From: Schwartzia sp. (in: firmicutes)
GTDB taxonomy: Bacteria; Bacillota; Negativicutes; Selenomonadales; Selenomonadaceae
Direction: 5' to 3'
Length of the DNA: 64,000 bases
NCBI GenBank assembly: GCA_017480545.1
Contig: JAFVAI010000012.1
Coordinates: 5,452-69,451, forward strand
This document shows, one piece after another, positions 52,787 through 63,518 of this stretch (the first letter of the stretch is position 1; every line of letters starts with the position of its first letter). The notes beneath the pieces were generated by a model that saw only the letters and a list, made by a program, of their open reading frames with translations, was not told the origin of the DNA and made no database searches. The position numbers and the translations under genes were made by a program.

Positions 52787-53860
52787 ATGGTCTGGAAAAT
52801 CTTATGGTTGTCCGTTCTTGCTTTCGCGTTTGCCGATTGTTCCCACACGCGCACCGTCTCGGCGGCTTCCCGCCCCCGCGTCCTCGTGCTCGCCACCGGG
52901 GGAACCATCGCGGGCAGCGCGCCGTCGCCCTCGGACATCACCGGGTACCGGGCAGGCGTGATCGGTGTCGACGCGCTTTTGTCCGCCGTCCCGGGCATCG
53001 AGTCCATGGCCGACGTCAAAGGCGAGCAGCTTTGCAATATCGACAGCAAGGACATGACCGACGAAATTTGGCGACGGCTCGCAGCCCGCGTCCGCGAAAT
53101 TTTCGCCAAGGACGAAGCGGACGGCGTGGTGGTTACCCATGGCACGGACACGATGGAAGAAACGGCGTTTTTCCTCGGCCTGACCGTGAAACCCCAAAAG
53201 CCCGTCGTGCTGACCGGGGCCATGCTTCCGGCGACGGCGAAAAACGCGGACGGGCCGCGCAACCTTCTCGACGCGGTGCGTGTCGCCGCGAGTCCCGAAG
53301 CGGCGGGAAAAGGCGTGCTGGTCGTGATGCACGGCGAAATCCACGCCGCCCGGGAGGTCACGAAAATCCACACGACAAGGCTCGACGCTTTCGCGTCGCC
53401 GAGTTCCGATCCGTTGGGCCGCGTCGAGGCAGACGGTGTCCGCTTTGAACGCGAGCCGCGCCCCTCGGCGTTGTCTCCATTCCCGCCCGAAGCGCCGCTT
53501 CCCCGCGTGGACATCCTGTACGGCCACGCGGGCGACGACGGCGCGTTGGCGGAAGCCGCGCTCCGCACGGGAGCGAAAGGAATCGTCTACGCGGGCATGG
53601 GGAACGGCAGCATCCCCGAGCAGGCGGAAGCGGCACTGGCGCAGGCTGCCGCCTCGGGCACCGTCATCGTCCGCGCGTCCCGCTCAAACGCCGGCGCGGT
53701 GGTTCCCGCCGCTTCCTCCTACATGGCGGAGGGCTTCATCGACGGCGGCGCACTCCAGCCGCAAAAAGCCCGCATATTGCTCCGCCTCGCGTTGGCACGA
53801 ACGGCGAACGCGAAGGAAATACAACAAATCTTCAACGCCGATGCATCGGCTTCCTTATAA
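52787..53860 (+). CDS. L-asparaginase, secreted/lipoprotein (type II-like)
   Basis: ATGGTIAG and HGTDTMEETA motifs. N-terminal signal with Cys (LAFAFADCS). Confidence 0.88.
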   Translation: MVWKILWLSVLAFAFADCSHTRTVSAASRPRVLVLATGGTIAGSAPSPSDITGYRAGVIGVDALLSAVPGIESMADVKGEQLCNIDSKDMTDEIWRRLAARVREIFAKDEADGVVVTHGTDTMEETAFFLGLTVKPQKPVVLTGAMLPATAKNADGPRNLLDAVRVAASPEAAGKGVLVVMHGEIHAAREVTKIHTTRLDAFASPSSDPLGRVEADGVRFEREPRPSALSPFPPEAPLPRVDILYGHAGDDGALAEAALRTGAKGIVYAGMGNGSIPEQAEAALAQAAASGTVIVRASRSNAGAVVPAASSYMAEGFIDGGALQPQKARILLRLALARTANAKEIQQIFNADASASL

Positions 53861-53926
53861 TATTGTATTCCATGCAAAAAAATGATACAATGGCAACATT
53901 GGTACTATGTGCGAAGGGGGAATATT

Positions 53927-54598
53927 GTGCGAAAGTTGCTTTGCGCGGGGCTCATTTCCCTGCTCTGCTTCGGGGCCGCTCCCGCCGCGGAGGCGGCGGC
54001 GTTCCAGATGGGCGATCAGGGAAACGAGGTCGCGGAGATTCAGGAAGCTTTGTCGCGTCTCGGATATGACGTGACGCCGGACGGCGCTTTCGGGCCGGGG
54101 ACAGCGGCGGCGGTGCGCGCCTTTGAGACGGATCGCGGCATGGAGCCGGACGGGCTGGTGGGACCCATGGTTTACGAATCGCTCTTGGGCCGCGCGATTC
54201 CCGAGACAAATCGCGGGGACAACGCCATCCTGCGGCGGATTGCCGGAACGGCGCTGCAATATCTGGGAGTGCCGTATGTGTACGGCGGCTCGTCGCCCAA
54301 CGGCTTCGACTGCTCGGGCTTCGTCTACTATGTGTTCGGGCAGGCGGGCATTTCCCTGCCGCGAGTGGCGGATGATCAGTACGCGGCGGGTGTGCCGGTC
54401 AACTTTGAAAATCTCAGGACCGGCGATCTCGTGTTCTTCGTGGATGACAGCGGCGAGCTGTCCCACGTGGGCATTTATCTCAATGACGGGGAGTTCATCC
54501 ATGCGTCCGTCGATACCGGCATCGACTTCGATTCCCTGTATCGCGGCTGGCGGCGCGACCATTACCTGGGCGCCTGCCGCATCGTTGTGAACGGTTGA
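53927..54598 (+). CDS. NlpC/P60 peptidoglycan endopeptidase with a PG-binding domain
   Basis: PG_binding_1-like region (VAEIQEALSRLGYDVTPDGAFG) and the catalytic FDCSGFV...H motifs. GTG start after AAGGGGG. Confidence 0.88.
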   Translation: MRKLLCAGLISLLCFGAAPAAEAAAFQMGDQGNEVAEIQEALSRLGYDVTPDGAFGPGTAAAVRAFETDRGMEPDGLVGPMVYESLLGRAIPETNRGDNAILRRIAGTALQYLGVPYVYGGSSPNGFDCSGFVYYVFGQAGISLPRVADDQYAAGVPVNFENLRTGDLVFFVDDSGELSHVGIYLNDGEFIHASVDTGIDFDSLYRGWRRDHYLGACRIVVNG

Positions 54599-54785
54599 TG
54601 CGAAATCCGGACAGTCCCGGAAACCAATCCCGGAGACGCGCCTGGCGGGCGGTCGTCTCCGGGATTCATGTTTTTCCGTCCAAATAGAGAAATACTATTG
54701 TAGACTGTGCGACGGAATGGTAAAATGAAGCATTGATGAAAAGCGAAAACGGTTCACGTTTTTTCGCATAAGGAGTTAGTTCTTT

Positions 54786-56210
54786 ATGAAAGCCGTTCGA
54801 AATCTTTTATTTCTTACCGCCGCCGGGCTGGCATTGGTGCTGGTCGCCGACATGACCTTTCTCGGCACGGCGGCCTCGTTTCTTCGTGACGGGCGCATGG
54901 CTTACGGGCTGACGATCAATTCGAAGCCCGTCGGAGGCATGACACGCGAGGAAGCCGCCCGGGAAGTGCAGCGCGCAGCAGAATCCGCCGTGCAAGGGGA
55001 AGCGCTGGTGCTGACCCTGCCAGGGGAAGAGAGCCGCCCGTATTCGTTTTCGGCATCGGAAGTCGGGCTTTCCGCCGATGTGGACGCGATGCTGGATGCC
55101 GCGTACCAAGTGGGCCGGGACGGGTCAACGGTGCAGAATTTCTTCACGATGCTGCAATGCGCGCTCAAGGGCAAAAATATTCCCTTCGTCGCGAAGCTGG
55201 ACGAGGCGAAGCTCGACGAGACCCTGCGCGGCGTGAAAAAAGCCGTGGACCGTGCGCCGAAGGACGCGTGGATGACTTTCACCGCCGCGGGCGTTGAGCG
55301 CCACGCCGAAGCGAGGGGGCGCTCGCTCCATGTGGAAGCGCTCATCGAAACCGTGCGTCCGAAGCTTCTGGAGCTGAAACTCCCCTGTCGTACGACGATC
55401 GAACCGGCAGAGACGGAGCCCTCGATTCATCTGGAGGACCTGAACGCCATCGACGGCATCCTCTCGTCCGCCACCACGTATTACATCGACGGCACGGGCC
55501 GAGGCGACAACATCGAGATTGCGGCGGCGGCGTTGGACGAGTGCATCGTCCGCCCCGGCGAGGAACTCTCCTTCAACGCGACGGTGGGGAGCCGCGTGGC
55601 CAGCGCGGGCTACGCCATCGCGCCGGTCATCGTGAACGGCAAGGTGGAGCAGGACATCGGCGGCGGCGTCTGCCAAGTCAGTTCGACGCTTTACAACGCG
55701 ATTTTGACGGCGGGCTTGGAGCCGACGGCGCGCACTTCCCATTTCTACCCGTCGACGTATGTGGACGCGGGGTTGGACGCGACGGTGGCGGACGGACAGA
55801 TTGATTTCGTATTCCAAAATACGCTGCCCCACCCCGTGCTCTTGCGCTCGGGCGCCTCGGGGGGGACGCTGACGGTCTCGGTCTACGGCCATAGCGCCGA
55901 TGTGCCCGGCGACATCGAGATGGAAACGGTCGTCATCGGGCCGCCGCCGACGGTGGAAGTGTACCGCGTGACCTATCTTGGCGGCAAGATGGTCAGCCGC
56001 GAATATATGTACACGGACGAGTACGACGTGCCTCCGCCGCCGGAGGACGAGCATCCGAAACCGACCGCGGACGGCTCCGAGACCGAGCCTGCCCCCGCTC
56101 CGGCCCCGGCTCCGAGCCCCGCGCCGGAACCGGAGGCGGTTGCCGGACCGGCGGCCCCGCAGCCGTCTCCCGCTCCGTCCGCAATTCCTAAGAAAGCAGG
56201 GATTTTATGA
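54786..56210 (+). CDS. VanW family protein
   Basis: N-terminal TM segment, VanW core (GGGVCQVSSTLYNA), Pro-rich C-terminus. Confidence 0.85.
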   Translation: MKAVRNLLFLTAAGLALVLVADMTFLGTAASFLRDGRMAYGLTINSKPVGGMTREEAAREVQRAAESAVQGEALVLTLPGEESRPYSFSASEVGLSADVDAMLDAAYQVGRDGSTVQNFFTMLQCALKGKNIPFVAKLDEAKLDETLRGVKKAVDRAPKDAWMTFTAAGVERHAEARGRSLHVEALIETVRPKLLELKLPCRTTIEPAETEPSIHLEDLNAIDGILSSATTYYIDGTGRGDNIEIAAAALDECIVRPGEELSFNATVGSRVASAGYAIAPVIVNGKVEQDIGGGVCQVSSTLYNAILTAGLEPTARTSHFYPSTYVDAGLDATVADGQIDFVFQNTLPHPVLLRSGASGGTLTVSVYGHSADVPGDIEMETVVIGPPPTVEVYRVTYLGGKMVSREYMYTDEYDVPPPPEDEHPKPTADGSETEPAPAPAPAPSPAPEPEAVAGPAAPQPSPAPSAIPKKAGIL

Positions 56211-56662
56211 ACATGACACTGTTATCTCCGTACGCCGGAACGCTGCACCCGATTACCGAGGCGCCCGATCCGGTCTTCGCGGAAAAAATGCTGGGCGACG
56301 GTTTTTTCGTGACGCCTTCCACAGGCGAAGTCGTAGCTCCGGTGGACGGGGAAATCACCTACGTCGCGCCGACGAAGCACGGAATCCGTATCACGGCGGC
56401 GGACGGCACGAAGCTGACGCTGCATATCGGCACGGAGTCCGGCGAACTGAAAGGCGAAGGCTTTTCCGTTTTCGTGGAAACGGGCGCGAACGTGCGCAAA
56501 GGGGACAAGCTCCTGACCTTTTCCCCGGAGCTCCTGCGCCAAAATCCGAAAACGACGGATGCCTGCATCGTGCTTCTGGAGGAAATGGAGGACGGAAAGG
56601 AAGTCCGCCTGACAGCCTCCGGCGAAGTCGCCGCGCTCGCCCCCGTTGCGGAAATCGTATAA
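56207..56662 (+). CDS. crr: PTS EIIA-Glc component
   Basis: DPVFAEKMLGDGF...HGIRI...LHIG phospho-His region. ATGA overlap with vanW. Confidence 0.88.
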   Translation: MNMTLLSPYAGTLHPITEAPDPVFAEKMLGDGFFVTPSTGEVVAPVDGEITYVAPTKHGIRITAADGTKLTLHIGTESGELKGEGFSVFVETGANVRKGDKLLTFSPELLRQNPKTTDACIVLLEEMEDGKEVRLTASGEVAALAPVAEIV

Positions 56663-56694
56663 AAAACGCGGGGAGAAAGCTCCCCGCGTTTTTT
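56661..56694. terminator. Rho-independent terminator
   Basis: AAAAAACGCGGGGAGAAAGCTCCCCGCGTTTTTT. Confidence 0.85.
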
Positions 56695-56714
56695 GGACTT
56701 GTCCGGCGTTTCTT

Positions 56715-57497
56715 TCATCCATAGAGTTCCGGCCGCCTGTCGTGGAATTCGTCGATCGTGCGCTTGATTTCGTCCCGCGCGGCCAAGTCGATCTCGGCGG
56801 CCAGTATGGCCTCGCCGTCCCCGGCCTCGGCCAACCGCTCGCCCCACGGATCGATAATCGCGGAACGGCCGCCCAGCGGCATGCCGTTCGCGAACGCGCC
56901 GCTGCCGTTGACGGGCACGAAAAAAATCTGGTTCTCGATGGCGCGGGCGCGGCTCAAAACCCGCCAATGTTCGATACGGGCTGCGGGCCAAGCGGCGGGC
57001 AGGAACACGATTGCCGCGCCTTCCAGCGCGAGGCGACGGCAGAGCTCGGGAAACCGTAGGTCGTAGCAGATCATCACCCCGCAGGTTGCGCCGTCCAGTG
57101 AAAAGACGGCGATGTGGTCGCCTTTCCGGAAAAAACGGTCCTCCTTCGCCGGGGAAAACAGATGGCTCTTGTCGTAAGAAGCCACCGGCGCGCCGCTGCG
57201 GTCGAACACATAGCAGCGGTTCTCGGCGACCCCGGCTTCCCGGACGGCGACAGAGCCGCCGACGAGATTAACGCCATGTTCCCTGGCGAGCGACGAGAGA
57301 AGCGCCCGGGAACGTGCGCCGTCCTCGTCCAGATACGCTTCCAACGGACGCGGGAAAAACCCGATATCCCAAAGCTCTGGCAGCACCACCACATCGGGGG
57401 CATCCCCCATCGCGGCATCCATCATGCGCCGGAGCGTGGCTTCATTTTCCTCCCGCGCGCCGATGGCGACGGGCATCTGCAAAACGGAAATCTTCAT
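56715..57497 (-). CDS. Carbon-nitrogen hydrolase (nitrilase/omega-amidase family)
   Basis: Catalytic E (VVLPELW), K and C (MICYDLRFPE) motifs. Confidence 0.88.
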   Translation of the reverse strand: MKISVLQMPVAIGAREENEATLRRMMDAAMGDAPDVVVLPELWDIGFFPRPLEAYLDEDGARSRALLSSLAREHGVNLVGGSVAVREAGVAENRCYVFDRSGAPVASYDKSHLFSPAKEDRFFRKGDHIAVFSLDGATCGVMICYDLRFPELCRRLALEGAAIVFLPAAWPAARIEHWRVLSRARAIENQIFFVPVNGSGAFANGMPLGGRSAIIDPWGERLAEAGDGEAILAAEIDLAARDEIKRTIDEFHDRRPELYG

Positions 57498-57552
57498 GGC
57501 AATCCACCTCGGTTACAAGCATACCATAAACTTCACTCGAAAGGAAGAACCA

Positions 57553-57762
57553 ATGGAACGTGTGCAGTATGATGTGGGCGATATCGTCCGCATGAAAAAA
57601 CAGCATCCCTGCGGCAGCGATCTCTGGCGGATTACGCGCACGGGCATGGACTTTGGCATGAAATGCGAGGGCTGCGGCCACGCGGTGATGATCCCGCGGG
57701 CGAAATTCGAGCGCATGGCCCGCGCTATCGTGCGAAAAGCGGGGCAAAACGGCAATGGCTGA
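57553..57762 (+). CDS. DUF951 family protein
   Basis: VGDIVRMKKQHPCGS..W...R.G.D...KCEGCGH pattern. Confidence 0.8.
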   Translation: MERVQYDVGDIVRMKKQHPCGSDLWRITRTGMDFGMKCEGCGHAVMIPRAKFERMARAIVRKAGQNGNG

Positions 57763-59035
57763 CACGATGGCTCTGCCGATGCTGCCCGCTGTTTCCCGCC
57801 GCGCCTTTCTCTCCCTGAGCCTTCGCTCGCTGGCCGCTTGGGCCATCGGTACGCTCCTCGCGCCGTTGCGGCGCGCCGCCGCGAAAAGCGCGCCGACGCC
57901 GCGCTTTTTCCGCCGCGTCGTCACGGCGGACAACCGCGCCTCGGCCCTGATCGAATGGCAAACCGACGCGCTTCTCGATTCGCCCCGTTTCCTCTGGAAA
58001 GAAGTCGGCAAAAAAGAGGAAAAAGAAGCGGATGTCGATGTCAAATACATGGCGCTGGACGGCCACAACGTCCTCGTCTATCGCGCGCCCCTGCGCGGCC
58101 TCGCCCCGGGGCGGGACTACCAATGCCGGATGCTGGCTGCCGGGCGGGATGCGGCTTCCTTCTCCTTCCGCACGGATGACGGAAAAAACCTCAAAGCCTT
58201 GATTTTCCCCGATTCCCAATGCGACGGCTCCTATGACACTTGGGAGCGCGTTTCCGGCGACGCGTCGGCCAGGAACGCCGACGCCGCGCTCTGGGTGAAC
58301 CTCGGCGACCTCGTGGACAACGGGGAAAGTTTTTTTCATTGGGAGGGTTGGCAGACCGCGACGGACGTTTCCCTCGGCGCGCGGGCTTTCGCCCCGGTCA
58401 TGGGCAACCACGAATGCTACTCTTTGGATTGGCAGTACGCTCTCCCCGCCGCCTTCCTCGGCCTGTTCGCGACGCCGCCGAACGGCAGCGCGAAATATGA
58501 CCGTTACTACTATTCCTTTGATTACGGCCCCGTGCATTTCACGGTGCTGAACACCCAACGCGAAGAGCTGGACAGCTTTCTCCCCGGCCTGTTCCGCGAG
58601 CAGGCCGCATGGCTCGCCCACGACCTCGCCCGGACAAAACAACCTTGGCGCGTCGCGCTGCTGCACCGGGACTTGATCAACTACGACGCAGCGCCGCCGT
58701 CGCCCGACGCGTTCGTCCGGACGCTGCTCCCGATTCTCGAAAAGAGCGGCGTGGACGCGGTCCTCACCGCCCACGCGCATGCCTATCGGCGACGGCGCAT
58801 GACCGCGTGGCGCCAGGACCAGAACGGCGTCCTCTATATCCTTTCCGGCAACGCGGGCAACTGCTTCTACGACGTGCAACGGCACGCCATCGACGAAATC
58901 GCGCTGCCCAGCGACCTTTTGAACTACTTGACGCTGGAGGCCGACGAAAACCGCCTGACCTTTCGTTGCTTCCTGACCAACGGCATCCAAAAAGATTTCG
59001 TAACGCTCAGAAAAGCGCCGTCACCCGAAGAATAA
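57755..59035 (+). CDS. Metallophosphoesterase (purple acid phosphatase-like) with Tat signal
   Basis: SRRAFLSLSL signal. GDLVDNG, GNHE and AHAH metal-binding motifs. Confidence 0.85.
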   Translation: MADTMALPMLPAVSRRAFLSLSLRSLAAWAIGTLLAPLRRAAAKSAPTPRFFRRVVTADNRASALIEWQTDALLDSPRFLWKEVGKKEEKEADVDVKYMALDGHNVLVYRAPLRGLAPGRDYQCRMLAAGRDAASFSFRTDDGKNLKALIFPDSQCDGSYDTWERVSGDASARNADAALWVNLGDLVDNGESFFHWEGWQTATDVSLGARAFAPVMGNHECYSLDWQYALPAAFLGLFATPPNGSAKYDRYYYSFDYGPVHFTVLNTQREELDSFLPGLFREQAAWLAHDLARTKQPWRVALLHRDLINYDAAPPSPDAFVRTLLPILEKSGVDAVLTAHAHAYRRRRMTAWRQDQNGVLYILSGNAGNCFYDVQRHAIDEIALPSDLLNYLTLEADENRLTFRCFLTNGIQKDFVTLRKAPSPEE

Positions 59036-59091
59036 AAAATTGCCCCGCCGATGCATCAGCGGGGCAATTTTGAAAATGGAGAACGACAACC

Positions 59092-60402
59092 ATGAACAAG
59101 AACCTTTTTTATGCCGTATCCCGCCGCCGCTTCCTCGCCATGATGGGCGGCGGCCTCCTGTCCCTCGCGGCGGGTTGCGCCGCCGCGCCGCCGAAGCCGC
59201 CCGCGCCCATCAAAAAAGCCGCGCGGATCCTCACCGGCGACACCTCCATGGACGCGGGCTTCCTGCGCCAGATCATCACCGCCGACAGCCGCGTGTCCCG
59301 CACCGTCATGTGGCAGTCCGACGACCCGCAGGACAACGCCGAAATCGTCTGGCGCGTCGCGAACGACAAGGACGCGGAAATCTTTTCCGCCCCCGCGAAG
59401 CAGGAGCACTACACCGACGACGGGCAAAACGTCTACCTGCACACCGCACGTCTCGAAAACCTCGCGCCGGGGACGGCCTATGAATACCGCGCCATCGCCG
59501 GAGACGAAGGCACGGACTGGACGCCGCTTTCCACCGAAAACGGCGGTGCCTTCAAAGTGCTGATCTTCCCCGACTCCCAGTCCAGCGACTACACCGACTG
59601 GAAAAATCTCGCGCAGGACGCCTTCCGCCGGAACCCCGATGCCGCCTTTTTCACAAACCTCGGCGATATCGTAGACAACGGAGAGGAGCACAGCCAATGG
59701 GACGCGTGGTTCGACGCCGTCGAGGACTTCGCCGAAAAAATCCCCTTCGCGCCGGTCATGGGCAACCACGAAACCTACGACAAAAAGTGGGAAGTCCGCC
59801 TGCCGTTGGCCTACCTCGCGCTCTTCGCCCCGCCGGAAAACGGCAGCCAAAACTTCCTCCGCTACTATTACTCCTTCGACTTCGGCGACGTGCATTTCAC
59901 CGTCCTGAACACCCAATGGGGCGAAACGAACGACCTGCGCCCCGGCCTGATGGAAGAACAACTCGCGTGGTTGCCAAACGACATCGCCGCCTCCGACAAA
60001 AAATGGAAACTCGTCCTGCTGCACAAAGACGTGCTGCAATACCGGATCGGAAGCCGCCCCGAGCGACAGGAGGGCTTCAGCGAATTCGGCCGGGTCTTCA
60101 TGCCTCTCTTCGACGACCTGGGCGTGGACGCGGTTCTCTCCGCCCACCTCCACACCTACAGGAACCGGGGCCACATCAAAGACTTCCGACGCGACCCCAA
60201 CGGCCCCCTCTACATCCTCACCGGAGTCGCCGGAAACGTCCGCTACCCCGGTCTCTGGATCGACCACGCCTTGGACGAGACCGTCGCCCCCCAACCGGAA
60301 ACCGACAACTACCTGACTCTGGAAGCCGGCAAAGATGCCCTGCGCTTCCAATGCTTCCTGCCGGACGGGGCGATTATCGACGACGCAACGATCCAAAAAT
60401 AG
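59092..60402 (+). CDS. Metallophosphoesterase paralogue, Tat/lipoprotein signal
   Basis: SRRRFLAMMGGGLLSLAAGC. GDIVDNG, GNHE and AHLH motifs. Confidence 0.85.
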   Translation: MNKNLFYAVSRRRFLAMMGGGLLSLAAGCAAAPPKPPAPIKKAARILTGDTSMDAGFLRQIITADSRVSRTVMWQSDDPQDNAEIVWRVANDKDAEIFSAPAKQEHYTDDGQNVYLHTARLENLAPGTAYEYRAIAGDEGTDWTPLSTENGGAFKVLIFPDSQSSDYTDWKNLAQDAFRRNPDAAFFTNLGDIVDNGEEHSQWDAWFDAVEDFAEKIPFAPVMGNHETYDKKWEVRLPLAYLALFAPPENGSQNFLRYYYSFDFGDVHFTVLNTQWGETNDLRPGLMEEQLAWLPNDIAASDKKWKLVLLHKDVLQYRIGSRPERQEGFSEFGRVFMPLFDDLGVDAVLSAHLHTYRNRGHIKDFRRDPNGPLYILTGVAGNVRYPGLWIDHALDETVAPQPETDNYLTLEAGKDALRFQCFLPDGAIIDDATIQK

Positions 60403-60756
60403 TTGCTCTCAAAGGATATCTGTCCGGTACCATATTACGATGCGAGCGAAACCAATCGTCAAAACAAAATCCTCTTTCCTCCCTCCCGGCGCGAACGATG
60501 GCGGCATATCGCAGAAGGAAAACCATCTATTATGGCGATGGAGGTGGCACCCGACAGGCCGGTTTTGCCCATGGCATCGTTGGTCCAGCGGGACAGGACG
60601 GGCTCCGGGGATTTCTCGTTGCATCGGAGGAGGCAACAATACCAAGAAGCGCCAAACGGTGCACAGTCCAGCATTGACGGCTGTTGCACAAAATGTTAGA
60701 ATTTTACACGCAACAAAGAAATATCTACAATACTTCGACAAGGACGGTCCTATTGA

Positions 60757-61872
60757 ATGAAAGAATCCTTACCCTCCATGGAACATGACACAAAACTGCC
60801 GGAACTGACGCTGCGGGGGATGCTGCTAGGCGCGGTGCTGACGGTTATCTTCACCGCCTCCAATGTTTATCTGGGCTTGAAAGCCGGCCTGACGTTTTCC
60901 TCCGCCATTCCGGCCGCTGTGATTTCCATGGCGGTGCTTCGCATGGCGAAGGGCTCCAATATCTTGGAAAACAATATGGTGCAGACGCAGGCGTCCGCGG
61001 CGGGAACCTTGGCCGCCCTCATTTTTATCATACCGGGCCTGCTGATGATCGGGTATTGGCAGGAATTTGAGTTTTGGCAAACCCTTTTGGTATCCGCTTG
61101 CGGCGGGTGCCTCGGGGTGCTGTTCACCATCCCCTTGCGGCGCACTATGGTCGTGCACAGCGATTTGCCCTATCCGGAAGGCAGGGCCGCCGCCGAAATC
61201 CTGAAGATGGGAGACGCTTCCACGGGGAACGCTTCCGGCGGGACAAAAGAGCTCTTGTGCGGAAGCGGCATCGCCGGCATCGTCGCGTTTCTCACCAGCG
61301 GATTGCAAGTCCTGACGGGAGAGCTTTCTCTATGGTTTCCTGTGGGACGGGGCATCACACAGCTTTCGCTCGGATATTCTTCCGCATTGGTGGGCGCGGG
61401 ATATTTGATCGGCATAGCCAGCGGGCTGGCGTTGCTTGTCGGTATTTTTCTGGCATGGGGCATCATGATCCCGTATTTCACGATGACGGGGATTCCCTCG
61501 GACGGGCAGGCCATGCAGCAATTCGCCCAGTCGTGCTACACCGACAAGGTTCGCCTGATTGGCGCCGGCGTCATGGGCGTCGCCGCAATCTGGACGCTCC
61601 TGAAGATGTCCCGCAGTGTCATGGACGGAATCAAGGAGTCAATCCGTTCGGCCCGAAAGACAGAGCAGGAACAGGCACTGCACCGCATGGATACGGATAT
61701 GTCCTTTTCCTCCGTTCGGCTGATTTTTGGCGTCACGGTTTTGGGATTGCTGGGGACCGAGTCGCCTTTGGCTCTGGCGGGCGCGGAATTTCACGATACG
61801 GCGCAAACTTTGGGGCTCCTGGCATTCCTCGCCATCTTGTCGGTTTTCGGGAAAATCGTGCTGAAAAAATAG
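60757..61872 (+). CDS. OPT-family oligopeptide transporter, N-terminal portion only (probably truncated / pseudogene)
   Basis: ELTLRGMLLGAVLTVIFTASNVYLGLKAGLTFSSAIPAAVISMAV is typical of the OPT N-terminus. At 371 aa it is well short of the 600+ aa length I recall for the family. About 0.5 kb of non-coding DNA follows. Confidence 0.6.
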   Translation: MKESLPSMEHDTKLPELTLRGMLLGAVLTVIFTASNVYLGLKAGLTFSSAIPAAVISMAVLRMAKGSNILENNMVQTQASAAGTLAALIFIIPGLLMIGYWQEFEFWQTLLVSACGGCLGVLFTIPLRRTMVVHSDLPYPEGRAAAEILKMGDASTGNASGGTKELLCGSGIAGIVAFLTSGLQVLTGELSLWFPVGRGITQLSLGYSSALVGAGYLIGIASGLALLVGIFLAWGIMIPYFTMTGIPSDGQAMQQFAQSCYTDKVRLIGAGVMGVAAIWTLLKMSRSVMDGIKESIRSARKTEQEQALHRMDTDMSFSSVRLIFGVTVLGLLGTESPLALAGAEFHDTAQTLGLLAFLAILSVFGKIVLKK

Positions 61873-62412
61873 GGCATTCTTTTGGCGCCAACGCACCGCT
61901 GGTACAATGAAAATCCGGGAAATTGTGCTGCACTTTCTTTTGCGAAGGCCACTAAAATTTCGGGAGGGAATCACATTGGCATCCGGCATTTTGCTTCTTG
62001 GCGGGTTTGTGCTTTTTGCCCCCTGATGGTGGCGCGCGTCCTGCCGACTCTTTTGGTTCTTCCCATCATGGCGGCTGAAGGAAATGAAAGTGAAAGACAA
62101 ACCATAACCAAAAACACGCGGATCGAACATTCGATATAGCGTGTTTTTTTGCGATTTTATAAAAAATTCCGGCGTTTCCGAAAGGCGTATCGGAAACGCC
62201 GGAATTTTTGTAAACAAAAACACGCTTCATCAAACGGTCTGCGATGAAGCGTGTTTTTTATGTTACGCCTCCGTCAACTTTTGGTACCTCTTGAGCGGTA
62301 GGCCGTGTCCAATCAGGCTTCGCCCCCGGCTCGGCCATACGAAGCCCATGATAACCCAAAATCTCTACACTCATATAACGATTTAGGGTGCATCGTTATG
62401 TGAGTTGAAGCA

Positions 62413-63357
62413 TCAATCCCTGTTCAGAAATTTTAATACCCGTTCACGAAACAACTTGTAATATGGACGCTCCATCAACATTGCATGAGCGGCTCCGTCC
62501 ACAATTGCCAATTCTGAAGCTTTTTGATTTTGCAGCGATTTATACGCCTCTTCGCACAAATCGGCAGACACATAAGGGTCTTTGGAACCGACGATTATCA
62601 GTACGGGGGCTTTTATGTTCTTTGTCGGAATAAGTCGCACGCTCTTGTCAACAAGCAAGTCTCGTCTTCCGCCGTTAGGGCTCGTATCTCTATCGTAGTG
62701 CCAAGCATTATCGATATAAGTGCTTGCCACCGGCTTTTCCACGATGTCAAAGTTTATGTTTCCATTAGGTTTCCTCTGAAAATCTGAGGCAGCAGTACCC
62801 CATGTATTTTTATGAAAAGGTTCCCTCACATTTTGCTCACCAAGCCCCGCCACTATAGGCGCATAAAGCACAAGGCGATGCACCATCTCCGGATGCTTGG
62901 CGGCAAAACGACCGCTGGTCACAGTTCCCCAACTCCAGCCCAAAATATCCATAGACGAAATATTGTTTCGCTTCAATATGCATCTCACAGCCGATGCAAT
63001 GTCTTCTGCTGCATAATCCGAATTTGGCATAAATCCGTCCTTGACACTGCCGGAATTTCCAAAACCCGCAATATCGAGCAACCATACCTCAAATCCATGT
63101 TTTGCAAAGTATCGTGCCAGACTGTAATCCTTGTAGTCAACATCAAATTCATGGGAAGAAAATGTTACACCGTGCACGAACAAAATTGGACGTTTTATCT
63201 TTCCATCTTGTTCTATGTAACGCTCCAAATGCAGCGGCACTTCATTCCTTTCCAAAGGGATGGTTTCCCTAATGATTTCCGCCGCTTGAACCGGAGACAA
63301 GCATAAAAGGTTCAACAGTAGGCAGACCGAAAGACTGAGCCAAGCCAACTTTTTCAC
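62413..63357 (-). CDS. Secreted alpha/beta hydrolase
   Basis: Signal peptide, HGVTFSS oxyanion region, GWSWG nucleophile elbow. GTG at 63357 after GGAGAG (the track ORF starts at 63399). Lower GC than the flanks. Confidence 0.8.
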   Translation of the reverse strand: MKKLAWLSLSVCLLLNLLCLSPVQAAEIIRETIPLERNEVPLHLERYIEQDGKIKRPILFVHGVTFSSHEFDVDYKDYSLARYFAKHGFEVWLLDIAGFGNSGSVKDGFMPNSDYAAEDIASAVRCILKRNNISSMDILGWSWGTVTSGRFAAKHPEMVHRLVLYAPIVAGLGEQNVREPFHKNTWGTAASDFQRKPNGNINFDIVEKPVASTYIDNAWHYDRDTSPNGGRRDLLVDKSVRLIPTKNIKAPVLIIVGSKDPYVSADLCEEAYKSLQNQKASELAIVDGAAHAMLMERPYYKLFRERVLKFLNRD

Positions 63358-63518
63358 ATAAATCTCTCCTTCCTGCTTAATTTTTTTATATTCTACCATA
63401 ACCCTCCTCGCTCCTGCTTAGGAAAATAAAAAAATGGCGCAGAGCCGAAGCCCTGCGCCGCAAGTCTCATCAAGCCTGTATCTCCGTGCCATCCCGGAAG
63501 GTGACCGTCATCCAATTC

